A stretch of DNA of 39,643 nucleotides from Candidatus Aminicenantes bacterium (GCA_023133225.1 JAGLWV010000274.1:1-39643); one strand, 5' to 3'. Positions 25,774-34,244 are shown, numbered from the stretch's first letter. Notes: generated from the letters alone by a model not told the origin. Program-made: numbers and translations.

Positions 25774-28023
25774 ATGGCGAAAAAAAAACGCTCTCGCCGC
25801 AGGAAGAAAAAACGGCATAAGATCACACCTCCGCCAGAATCGGCTGCCGTCAGCACAGCTCACAGCATAAAAACCAAAACAGCCGAGACGTCTATCAAAC
25901 TCCATCCCAGGAAATCCTGGATTATCGGTGTGGTACTGATAGTCATTATTTGTACTGCCGCGCTGATCCTATTTATCTCTCCCGCCAAAATCTCAATCCA
26001 GAGAGACAGCGGGCTGAATGTCCTGCTCATCACACTGGATACCACGCGGGCCGATCGGCTCGGCTGCTACGGCTACCCAAGAGCAAAAACTCCCAATCTG
26101 GATTCCCTGGCACAAAAGGGTGTCCGGTTTGCCAATGTCTACTGCCAGGTCCCGCTGACCTTACCCTCCCACTGTTCCATCATGGCCGGAACGTACCCGG
26201 TTTCTCATAATGTTCACAACAACGGCACCTACTATCTTACTTCCGACCAACTGACACTGGCCGAAGTGTTAAAAGCAAGAGGTTTTAAAACAGCGGCATT
26301 TGTGGCTTCTTTTACCGTCGACTCCCGTTTTGGCCTGGACCAGGGCTTCGATGTCTACGACGACAGTTTTCAGCAAGGCTCACCGTTCAAAGCTCTGAAT
26401 GCCGAAAGGATTGCAGACCAGGTGTTTGCCCCCTTCTCCGCCTGGCTGGACAACCACCATGCGGACCAGTTCTTTTGCTGGGTTCATTTCTTCGATCCTC
26501 ACCTGCCCTACGCCCCTCCCCCCCCCTACCGAGAGGATTTCTCCGACAGCCTCTACGATGGTGAGATCTCCTATATGGATTCCTACGTCGGAGAGGTTGT
26601 TGAAAAATTAAAGGAAAAGAACATTCTTGGCCAGACCCTGATCATCCTGGCCGGTGACCATGGCGAGGGCTTAGGTGACAAGGTCGAGATCGGCCACGGC
26701 CTTTTCCTGTATGACATGGTCATGAAGGTGCCGCTCATCTTTTATGCTGAAAATAACCTTCCCGGAGGAAAAGTCATCCCTTCGCGTGTCCGGTTGATCG
26801 ACATCATGCCTTCCGTTTTAGATATGCTCGACCTGGAAGAAGCAGACCAAAATCAGGGCATAAGCTTGATTCCTTATATCGAGGGAAGAAAAAAAGACGA
26901 TCTCGATTCCTATATGGAAACCTTTTATCCAAGGGAAAACTACGGCTGGTCCGAACTGACTGGCCTGGTTGCAGGCAACTGGAAATACATCCGGGCACCC
27001 AAGGCAGAATTGTACAATTTGAAGTCCGATCCGAACGAGGATAAAAATGTTCTTCAATCCAACACTAAAATCGTGTCGAAAATGAAGAACAGTCTGGAGA
27101 TGCTGATCAAGAACAGCGCCATAGCTCCAGGGGCAGGAAGCCGGGCCCTGACTTCAGAAGAGCGGGAAAGATTAGGCTCACTGGGATATATTAGTTATTC
27201 AGATAACAGGGACAAGGGAGAGTATCCTGACCCAAAGGATAAGATCGATGAGCTGCGGATGATTCAGCAAGCTGAAATGTTTGAATCTCAGGGAGATTAT
27301 CAGGCAGCGGCAGCGCTTCATGAAAAAATGCTCTCGTTGCGGCCCTCATCACCATCGAGTTACGTCAATCTGGCCCTGGCCCAGGCCAGATTGAAAAAAT
27401 TTGATGAGGCTATTCAGACTTTGAAACATGGAATAGACAAAATCCCCGATTCCGAGATCCTTCTGGCCAGGCTCGGACACACCTATTTCGTCACGGGACA
27501 ACTGAATGAAGCCTTTGTGGCTATGCAGCAGGTGCTCGCGATCAATCCCAGATATATTGATGCTCTGACGCTTTCCGCCGTGATCATGGATACCCTGGGA
27601 AAAAAAGAAACGGCACGGGACCACTATGAAAAGGCTCTTTCCATTGAACCCGAAAATAAATTTTTACGGATGAGTTACGCTCTTAACCTGGCCACAGGGG
27701 GAAAAACCTCCGAGGCTATAGATGTATACACCCCTCTCACTCAAGAATATCCCGGGGAATACAGCCTGTATCAGTACCTTGGGATTGCTTACGGCGTTGC
27801 CGGAGACTATGCCAAATCCATCGAAAATCTTAAGCAGGCAATAGGCCTCCATCCCACGCTTATCGCCTATTTCAACCTGGCTGTAGCCTTAAAAGAAACA
27901 GGAGAGATCGCCGAGGCCATCCATTACCTCGAATTATACCTGGAAGATCCGAAAGGAGAGGATGAAAGCAAGGTAAAAAGTGCCCGGATGGAGCTTCTCA
28001 ATCTGAAAAAAGTTTTAAAATGA
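25774..28023 (+). CDS. Membrane-anchored sulfatase-like hydrolase/transferase (alkaline phosphatase superfamily) with TPRs
   Basis: NVLLITLDTTRAD, PLTLPSH, HFFDPH, YDGEI, GDHGE, ELYNL, LGSLGY, then TPRs; one TM helix after a basic N-terminus. Confidence 0.9.
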   Translation: MAKKKRSRRRKKKRHKITPPPESAAVSTAHSIKTKTAETSIKLHPRKSWIIGVVLIVIICTAALILFISPAKISIQRDSGLNVLLITLDTTRADRLGCYGYPRAKTPNLDSLAQKGVRFANVYCQVPLTLPSHCSIMAGTYPVSHNVHNNGTYYLTSDQLTLAEVLKARGFKTAAFVASFTVDSRFGLDQGFDVYDDSFQQGSPFKALNAERIADQVFAPFSAWLDNHHADQFFCWVHFFDPHLPYAPPPPYREDFSDSLYDGEISYMDSYVGEVVEKLKEKNILGQTLIILAGDHGEGLGDKVEIGHGLFLYDMVMKVPLIFYAENNLPGGKVIPSRVRLIDIMPSVLDMLDLEEADQNQGISLIPYIEGRKKDDLDSYMETFYPRENYGWSELTGLVAGNWKYIRAPKAELYNLKSDPNEDKNVLQSNTKIVSKMKNSLEMLIKNSAIAPGAGSRALTSEERERLGSLGYISYSDNRDKGEYPDPKDKIDELRMIQQAEMFESQGDYQAAAALHEKMLSLRPSSPSSYVNLALAQARLKKFDEAIQTLKHGIDKIPDSEILLARLGHTYFVTGQLNEAFVAMQQVLAINPRYIDALTLSAVIMDTLGKKETARDHYEKALSIEPENKFLRMSYALNLATGGKTSEAIDVYTPLTQEYPGEYSLYQYLGIAYGVAGDYAKSIENLKQAIGLHPTLIAYFNLAVALKETGEIAEAIHYLELYLEDPKGEDESKVKSARMELLNLKKVLK

Positions 28024-28556
28024 AAAAATATATTTTGGCTGGATTATTGGCTCTCGCACTCATCCGGCCTTTCAGCCTGGAATCAAAACAGCTTTTCGTC
28101 CGAATGAGTTTCGCTTTGATGCATGAAGGTCATGTGGAGGACTCGTGGCATAAAACCGCAGATTATTACAATTTTAGTTCAGTCAAAGGGAAAAGAACGA
28201 GCCCGGGAATTGAGTCGGGCCGTTGGCTGTATCTTACCGGACTATTCAAGAGCAATGCCCATTCACTGGGCTATCATGCGGGCGCATGTGTCGATTTCGA
28301 CCTCTCGCTGAATCTTTTTTTATCGGTGGAGGCACTCTACAGGGTGGTCAATTTCAGGGAATTTAAAGCCCGTGTGGTTTTGCCTGCAGGGTTTGCCTCG
28401 TTTGCCAAAGAAATGGAAAATTTGGCTGTAGATTCAACATTTCTTTATGAACGACAGATTCTAGGAGAAGAGAACGTGGGAGACATTGATTATAGGATTT
28501 CCAATTTTAGCTACTCTGGTTTCTCGTTCCGGGCTGGACTCAAATTTAAATTTTAG
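28020..28556 (+). CDS. Short outer-membrane beta-barrel-like protein, possibly internally deleted
   Basis: Signal peptide; SLGYHAG..LSVEALYR..FSFRAGLKFKF parallels the C-terminal half of 18786-19913. Confidence 0.65.
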   Translation: MKKYILAGLLALALIRPFSLESKQLFVRMSFALMHEGHVEDSWHKTADYYNFSSVKGKRTSPGIESGRWLYLTGLFKSNAHSLGYHAGACVDFDLSLNLFLSVEALYRVVNFREFKARVVLPAGFASFAKEMENLAVDSTFLYERQILGEENVGDIDYRISNFSYSGFSFRAGLKFKF

Positions 28557-28575
28557 CCCTTGTCTCAGATTACAT

Positions 28576-28612
28576 AAAAAAACCCGCCCCCCGGTAAGGG
28601 GGCGGGTCTTTT
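28576..28612. terminator. Bidirectional intrinsic terminator
   Basis: A-tract, ACCCGCCCCC-cggtaa-GGGGGCGGGT, CTTTT, between convergent genes. Confidence 0.9.
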
Positions 28613-28655
28613 ATCTGCTCGTTGTGTACTCTCTTATTCTGCTTCAGCAATCACA

Positions 28656-31600
28656 TCAGAAGGAGAATCTTACGCCGAGGCGGGCTGACCATCTTCCCAA
28701 TTTCGAGGTGAACTGGCCAAATCTGGGATCGTCGTCGTAAGTACCTGTGGCTAGTGCTGCCTTCCAGTCGTAAGTCGTGGACATAATTTGTTCATCGGTC
28801 AATGATAAGGCGATTCTGTTCTGGGATGTATCCTGGGCTTGCCACGTCGATGTGTTGGTGACGTTGTAGATGTTGAGGTTGACCTGCATTTGGTATTTCC
28901 CGGCAATTCTCAGGTTGTATTCCATATAGAGGTCGGACCAGAAGGTAAAGGGCAAGCGTCCGATGTCGGCACGGTTATTGGGGTACACATAGACGTTGTT
29001 CATGTAAAGGCGGGTAGTCAACGGCAGGCCGCTGCGGCCGTAGCCCACGACACCCACAGTCAATCCGAACGGGAAGGCGTAGGAGCCGTAAAGCTTAAAA
29101 TAGTGGGTTCTATCGTGCTGTAAACATCCGTCGAGCGGGTCTCCATTCCAGGCATATGGCATGAACCAGAGGTCATAGTTACGTTCCACGTTAGGAGAGT
29201 TACGTCCCCCTTCATCGGAACTGGACAGGCCGGAGTAGTTGCCTGCCGCCCGGCTCCAGGTGTAGTTGATGCCGCCCTGCCAGTTGTTGCTGAACCGTTT
29301 GTCGAGCGCAATGTTAACACCCCAGTATTCTCTCTTCGCTTTGGGAGTGGGCCAGACATCGTCGGAAAACTTTCCGCCCTCAGAAATGGGCAGAGACCAG
29401 CCGTAACCCGGATTGTCGTTGTAATACTTTTCACCTTGTGGTGTCAGAACGCCTATGTCTTCGATGGTGCGGATGAGATGCTTTTGGACAACGCGGACAG
29501 AGAGAGAGAGTTCTTCCAGAAGTTTCTTCTCGAATCCAAAAGTGATTTCCCGCTGAGCCACCGGCTTCATGTCGGGATTTGTGGTGTCAAAGGAGGGAAT
29601 ACGCCAGTTCATTGTGCCAACGTATGTGTTTGCGCCGTTGCCCGACTGGCTCGCTTGATCATCGATTTCACCGCTGGCTGCGATCTTTGTCCAGTCCAGA
29701 TCGTTTAGTTCATAGTAGTCGCTGAGCCATTTGAAGCCGCCGTAGGCACCTTCTGCCATGTAGAGCTTCATGACATCGTAGTAGATGGCGAAGTTGCCGA
29801 AAACTTTCAGGCTGGAATCACCAAAAACATCATAAATAGCGCCGAGACGCGGAGCGAGTTTTTCCCCGAAGCCGAATTGGATAGGCTGCACAGCAGCCAG
29901 TTCAGGAGATGTCACAGGATCGGCAAAGGAGGGGATGTACTCACTTTCGGTCCTGATGCCGGCTTGTATGGTCAGCTTATCTCCGATCGTCCAGCTGTCT
30001 TGAAGGTATATGGCCCAGTTGTCGCTGTGGATGTCCCAGAACCAGCCGTAGGGAGAGGAAAAGCTGCCGCGGACCTGATACCATCCGTATGTGCCTTGGA
30101 CCACCTCGCCACTGGCCAGTCCGGTGTACCTCTGGTCATCGCCCCAGTAAATATAAAGCCTGGGATGAGGAAGGGTATAGTCCTCATTTTCATGGAGCCT
30201 GATGTACTGAACACCCATCTTAAAGGCGTGCTCGCCCGCAAAGTAGGCGTAGTACGTAAGGTCTAAGTTGGCAACGATGCGTTCTTCAATACTTTTTCCG
30301 ACTTCATAGTCGCTGCCCGGCCAATTTCTCCAGCCTCTGTAATGGATCAAGTCGGAGGACAAGCCTTGTGCGGCATACTCTGCAGTGTAAACCTCGTTGG
30401 AGCGCTGGAATCGATAAAAGGTTTCCGGCCCCACGATCTGCTGGTTGGTGGTATTTCTGCGGAAATAGCCGCCGCGGAGGCTGACCAGCATGCTGTTGCC
30501 CACAGTGTAGTCCATGGTAATGTTACCGCTCAGTTTGGGATAATCGAATCCATATTTGCCCCATTCGTAGTCATAGGTGCTCGTTCCATTTATGGAAGGA
30601 ATAGAGCCCCGGTATTTGTAGAAGCTGTTGACTACGCTGGCCGTGACCCGCAATCCCGCGAAGGGCTGAGCCGTCAGCTTGATCTGACCGTTCCAGTTCC
30701 ACCTTTTGTAATAGAAATCTTCGATAGCATCGGGATCGGCCGCATCCAGGAAGAATCTCGGGGCCTTCTGTTGTCGGTAGATAGGATTGAATGAACCAAA
30801 GAACCAGAGCCTGTCTTTAAGGATGTAGCCGCCAAGCTGGAAGATGCCTTCCAGGCGGTAAGTGGGATCCCGGTCCTTACCGCCTCCCCAGTACAGGTCA
30901 TCATCGTTGACTAATTCTGCCCTGTTGTCGTCGAAGGGATCGATGCGCAGATAGTCCCGGGATTTCCCGTACATCAATGTGCTGTGGTCGTCGTAAAAAC
31001 CGAGGAGATCGCCGTGGAATGCGTTTCCGCCAGAACGGGTGATGACGTTGATAACACCGCCCATCGAGCCGCCGTACTCAGCCGGATAACCGGACGACTT
31101 GACCTGGACTTCATCAATCAGCTCAAACACGACGTTCTGGTCTTGCGTCCCGATGTGCATGTCGGTGGTATCGGTGCCGTCTACGTACCACATATTTTCA
31201 GTTCCGGTAGCGCCGTCAACCGAAAGTCCGCCGGTGTTGCTTTCGTAATGGGTGCCGGGAATGATGCTGATCAGGCCGGTAAAGTCTCTGCCTCTGGGCA
31301 GACTCATGAAGAGCTCTCTGGTAATGGTTTTACCCTTGACAGTGCTTTTGACGTCGATAATAGGGCTCTCTCCAATAACAGTAATCGACTCTTCTAATGT
31401 GCTTGGCCTCAGGGCGATATTAAGGGTTATCGTTTGCTCAATCTGAAGGTAAACATCTTTCCTGATAAGAGTATCAAATCCTGGAAGTGAATAAGTAATA
31501 GTGTATGTTCCAGAGGGCAGCGCAAACAAGCGGTATGTTCCTGTTTCGTCGGTTATAGCTGTCGTTGTACCTAGCAGCTTAGGGCTGGTCGCTTCGACTG

Positions 31601-31736
31601 TTGTGCCTGGAAGAGGCTCACCATCTTCATCTGTTACTCTTCCCATGACTTTTCCAGTTGGTGCTTGAGCTATGGCTAATGCGCAAATCAGAATCAGGGC
31701 AAGTGGGATAGAAATAAAAACTCTAAATTTACTCAT
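28656..31736 (-). CDS. TonB-dependent receptor, Oar-like, with N-terminal carboxypeptidase-regulatory-like domain
   Basis: Signal peptide from ATG 31736; GRVTDEDGEPLPG, LPRGRDF, AEYGGSMGGVINVITRSGGN plug motif, YLQDSW, PRLG, C-terminal RLGVRFSF. Confidence 0.95.
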   Translation of the reverse strand: MSKFRVFISIPLALILICALAIAQAPTGKVMGRVTDEDGEPLPGTTVEATSPKLLGTTTAITDETGTYRLFALPSGTYTITYSLPGFDTLIRKDVYLQIEQTITLNIALRPSTLEESITVIGESPIIDVKSTVKGKTITRELFMSLPRGRDFTGLISIIPGTHYESNTGGLSVDGATGTENMWYVDGTDTTDMHIGTQDQNVVFELIDEVQVKSSGYPAEYGGSMGGVINVITRSGGNAFHGDLLGFYDDHSTLMYGKSRDYLRIDPFDDNRAELVNDDDLYWGGGKDRDPTYRLEGIFQLGGYILKDRLWFFGSFNPIYRQQKAPRFFLDAADPDAIEDFYYKRWNWNGQIKLTAQPFAGLRVTASVVNSFYKYRGSIPSINGTSTYDYEWGKYGFDYPKLSGNITMDYTVGNSMLVSLRGGYFRRNTTNQQIVGPETFYRFQRSNEVYTAEYAAQGLSSDLIHYRGWRNWPGSDYEVGKSIEERIVANLDLTYYAYFAGEHAFKMGVQYIRLHENEDYTLPHPRLYIYWGDDQRYTGLASGEVVQGTYGWYQVRGSFSSPYGWFWDIHSDNWAIYLQDSWTIGDKLTIQAGIRTESEYIPSFADPVTSPELAAVQPIQFGFGEKLAPRLGAIYDVFGDSSLKVFGNFAIYYDVMKLYMAEGAYGGFKWLSDYYELNDLDWTKIAASGEIDDQASQSGNGANTYVGTMNWRIPSFDTTNPDMKPVAQREITFGFEKKLLEELSLSVRVVQKHLIRTIEDIGVLTPQGEKYYNDNPGYGWSLPISEGGKFSDDVWPTPKAKREYWGVNIALDKRFSNNWQGGINYTWSRAAGNYSGLSSSDEGGRNSPNVERNYDLWFMPYAWNGDPLDGCLQHDRTHYFKLYGSYAFPFGLTVGVVGYGRSGLPLTTRLYMNNVYVYPNNRADIGRLPFTFWSDLYMEYNLRIAGKYQMQVNLNIYNVTNTSTWQAQDTSQNRIALSLTDEQIMSTTYDWKAALATGTYDDDPRFGQFTSKLGRWSARLGVRFSF

Positions 31737-31814
31737 TTTTTTCTTTTTCTCCTTTTTCCCTTGTATTCTACTTAAAGGGCTTAATGAGTTTGGAAATTTT
31801 TCTTGCACAACTCT

Positions 31815-31916
31815 TCATTTGTTATTTTTGCTTGAGAGCTGAGCAAGATGAAAGCCATCCTTCTGAAGTGGAAAATATATATTTCCACTCCAACCATAAC
31901 CTATAAAATTTACCAC
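31815..31916 (-). other. Possible 33-aa upstream ORF in the receptor leader
   Basis: GTG...TGA (MVNFIGYGWSGNIYFPLQKDGFHLAQLSSKNNK), downstream of a perfect AAAGGAGGTGAT at 31926-31937; the spacing is longer than optimal. Confidence 0.25.
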
Positions 31917-32081
31917 CTCGTGATTATCACCTCCTTTTTGAAAGTTTTGTGTCTGTTGAAGATCGGTTAACATGTTCGAAAAGCCTGTTTTCTCAAAATA
32001 TTCTGCATAAAATCATTATGTTTTGACATTTGTTCGATGCAGAAGGAATTAAAAAAAATTATTACCTCCCCATTATTAATC

Positions 32082-32098
32082 AGCAATATTTGTGCCAA
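32082..32098 (-). promoter_or_regulatory. Sigma54 (-24/-12) promoter for the TonB-dependent receptor
   Basis: TTGGCACAAATATTGCT matches TGGCAC-N5-TTGCW. Confidence 0.75.
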
Positions 32099-32178
32099 TT
32101 TCCAAAGCGATGACGTAAAATTAATCTCTTTATTATCAACATGATAGAAAGAGTCCAATTTCCAACAAAAAAGACAAA

Positions 32179-32213
32179 ATCCAATAAGTTGGATTCTATA
32201 CAAAATTTTGGAT
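32179..32213. promoter_or_regulatory. Tandem palindromes; candidate enhancer (UAS) for a sigma54 activator
   Basis: ATCCAA-TAAG-TTGGAT (32179-32194) and ATACAA-AATT-TTGGAT (32198-32213), 80-115 bp upstream of the -24 element. Confidence 0.55.
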
Positions 32214-32254
32214 TCAATCCCTATTCCTTTATGATTATAAATTTATATATTATA

Positions 32255-32310
32255 AGCTCGGTTGTCAACATATAAAAGTACACACGGTCAAGCCATAGGA
32301 AGATATCTAG
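32255..32310. repeat. Dispersed ~55-bp repeat, family C copy 2
   Basis: AGCTCGGTTGTCAACATA...CAAGCCATAGGAAG aligns with 5950-6003. Confidence 0.65.
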
Positions 32311-32377
32311 TAAGTATTTTAGACCTTTCCAGATAAGCCCTAGCCTGATTTCCTATATTTGACTTTGGCTCGGCAGC

Positions 32378-33241
32378 TCATTTCCTGTTTTCATCATAAA
32401 CAAACTGCTCTGGATTATATTTGTTGTTCGAAGCCAGCTGGACAACTGCCTGGACTTTCAAGGGTTTTGGCATTTGAGGTCTCATGCCACCACCGCGCAT
32501 TCCACCTCTGCCGCCGCTCATGCCGCCTCTGCCTCCCGTTCCGCCTGTGCCTCCTATTCCACTTCTGCCGCTCATCCTTTGCCTGGACATTTTAGGGGTT
32601 TCCAACCGCACACCGATCAAACTTCCTGCCTTTGCACCTATAGCGTAAGGATGTTCTTCGCTGTGAGTCAGAGGGACTTTAAGCTCATAGACGAGCATTC
32701 CGCTCAAACCCTTTACATCAATGTCAATCCCCTTTGCATCTTCTTTGGGCATCCTTATGCTCTCATCTTTCCCAGGGACAAAAATCTCCAATTCAGTCAT
32801 CGATCTTCTTTGGGCCTGCCGAAATCTCTCCGGATCCTGCTCGTCCCCTCTCCTCCCCATCGGAACGTCACCAGCCTGCATCCCTATTGGAAATTTAATC
32901 CCGAATGTTTCCTTCTTGCCTCCACTCGGGTCAAACCAGAGCATAACACCCTGCCTCATCACCTGATTCCGTACAAACTGGTCCTCAGCAATCATGCAGA
33001 TGTAGAGAAAATTCTCATCATTGAAGAGACCGACAGAAATGTTTTTGTCTTCCATGTACATCATAGCGCCCAGCCAGTCATTACTTTGCCCATCAACTGT
33101 GATCTCGCGGTCCAGCCAATTGCTGTTCAGCTCGAATGTGCCGCACCCGGCCAAGAAGAAGGCAAAAAAGAATAGGATGGATGCCAGAATAATCCTTTTG
33201 TAGCAAAAAATTCCTTTGTATTTTTTAGACAGTGCACTCAT
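32378..33241 (-). CDS. Hypothetical lipoprotein with Gly/Met/Arg-rich segment, paralog of 20117-20956
   Basis: GGAGG RBS before ATG 33241 (track start 33253); lipobox LAGC; VDGQSNDW, NDENFLY, MLWFD, YELKVPL. Confidence 0.8.
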   Translation of the reverse strand: MSALSKKYKGIFCYKRIILASILFFFAFFLAGCGTFELNSNWLDREITVDGQSNDWLGAMMYMEDKNISVGLFNDENFLYICMIAEDQFVRNQVMRQGVMLWFDPSGGKKETFGIKFPIGMQAGDVPMGRRGDEQDPERFRQAQRRSMTELEIFVPGKDESIRMPKEDAKGIDIDVKGLSGMLVYELKVPLTHSEEHPYAIGAKAGSLIGVRLETPKMSRQRMSGRSGIGGTGGTGGRGGMSGGRGGMRGGGMRPQMPKPLKVQAVVQLASNNKYNPEQFVYDENRK

Positions 33242-33264
33242 GCTTTCCTCCATATTATAAATAT

Positions 33265-33293
33265 CCTTAATTATTCATAAAAACTGCCGCTAC
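33265..33293. repeat. Half copy of family B mini-element
   Basis: CCTTAATTATTCATAAAAACTGCCGCTAC matches the reverse complement of 38131-38159 at 27/29. Confidence 0.7.
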
Positions 33294-33604
33294 AATTATT
33301 TACTTTCAACTTTATTATTACAATTCTCACATAAGTTAGACAATATCATTCTGAAAGTATTTGATTTTTATTTCTTGATATCTCAAACATTATACCTTCA
33401 CCTAGTTAGACAAGGTCATTCCTTGATTTATTCCAGGAATATATAATCAAGAAAACTATTAATTGAGATGAAAAGTTGCAAAAAAGGGGACGTTCCTATG
33501 AGATGTCCTTTGCAAATCAATCGTCTGAATTAATGCATTTAATTCCGAATGATCCAAAATCATTTAGAACTTGCATTACACTACAATATAATTATAAAAT
33601 AATC

Positions 33605-33904
33605 ATGAAAGACGTACGATTTGAATGGGACAGAAAAAAGGAGCTGGCTAATTTTCGTAATCACGGTGTTGAATTTGAAGAGGCCAAAACTGTTTTTTAC
33701 GATGAACGTGCCATTGAATTTTATGATGAAGATCATTCTTCGAAGGAAGTCCGCTTTTTAATGATAGGATTGAGCTTAAAATTTAGGATCCTGCTAGTGA
33801 GTTACACATTTAGAGAAATAAGTGATGAAGATTTAATCAGAATAATATCTTCCAGAAAGGCAACAAAAAACGAACAAAAAGTCTATTTTGAGAGATCAAT
33901 ATGA
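33605..33904 (+). CDS. brnT: BrnT family toxin
   Basis: FEWDRKKELANFRNHGVEFEEAKTVFYD..HS..E.RF..IG..IRIISSRKATKNE; start moved to ATG 33605. Confidence 0.93.
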   Translation: MKDVRFEWDRKKELANFRNHGVEFEEAKTVFYDERAIEFYDEDHSSKEVRFLMIGLSLKFRILLVSYTFREISDEDLIRIISSRKATKNEQKVYFERSI

Positions 33905-34128
33905 AAAAAGAATACGATCTTAACAAAATGAAAGGAAGAAATAATCCCTATGCAAATCGCCTGAAAAAACAGATAACGATTCGTTTGGATAGCACGACAA
34001 TAGAATATTTCAAAAATCTTGCCAATGAAACGGGATTCTCATACCAGACGCTTATTAATTTCTATCTAAAGGACTGTGCTGATAATCATAAGAAACTAAA
34101 AATCCAGTGGATCAAGCCACATTCATGA
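33901..34128 (+). CDS. brnA: BrnA family antitoxin
   Basis: MKKEYD..NPY..KKQITIRLD..IEYFK..YQTLINFYL; ATGA overlap with the toxin. Confidence 0.92.
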   Translation: MKKEYDLNKMKGRNNPYANRLKKQITIRLDSTTIEYFKNLANETGFSYQTLINFYLKDCADNHKKLKIQWIKPHS

Positions 34129-34151
34129 ACATTTAACCGTCACGATAAAAG

Positions 34152-34244
34152 AGGGGTCAAATCTTTAATCTTGAGAAAATTATCAAAGAAAAAGGATCAA
34201 ACTAAAGATTTTATAATTTACTCAAGATTAAAGATTTGACCCCT
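34152..34244. repeat. REPIN/MITE-like inverted repeat, family A copy 2
   Basis: Perfect 24-bp arms AGGGGTCAAATCTTTAATCTTGAG / CTCAAGATTAAAGATTTGACCCCT with a 45-bp spacer. Confidence 0.88.

Noticed and set aside
32480-32590. Low-complexity GGC/GGA repeats as a DNA repeat element
   Set aside because: Explained by the Gly/Met/Arg-rich coding segment of the lipoprotein.
32474-33175. 233-aa plus-strand ORF and similar antisense ORFs (e.g. 7281-7976, 9789-10421, 10629-11243)
   Set aside because: They are shadows of well-supported genes on the opposite strand and have no recognisable motifs.
33476-33604. N-terminal extension of BrnT
   Set aside because: The family motif begins at MKDVRFEWD, and the extension covers promoter-like AT-rich DNA.
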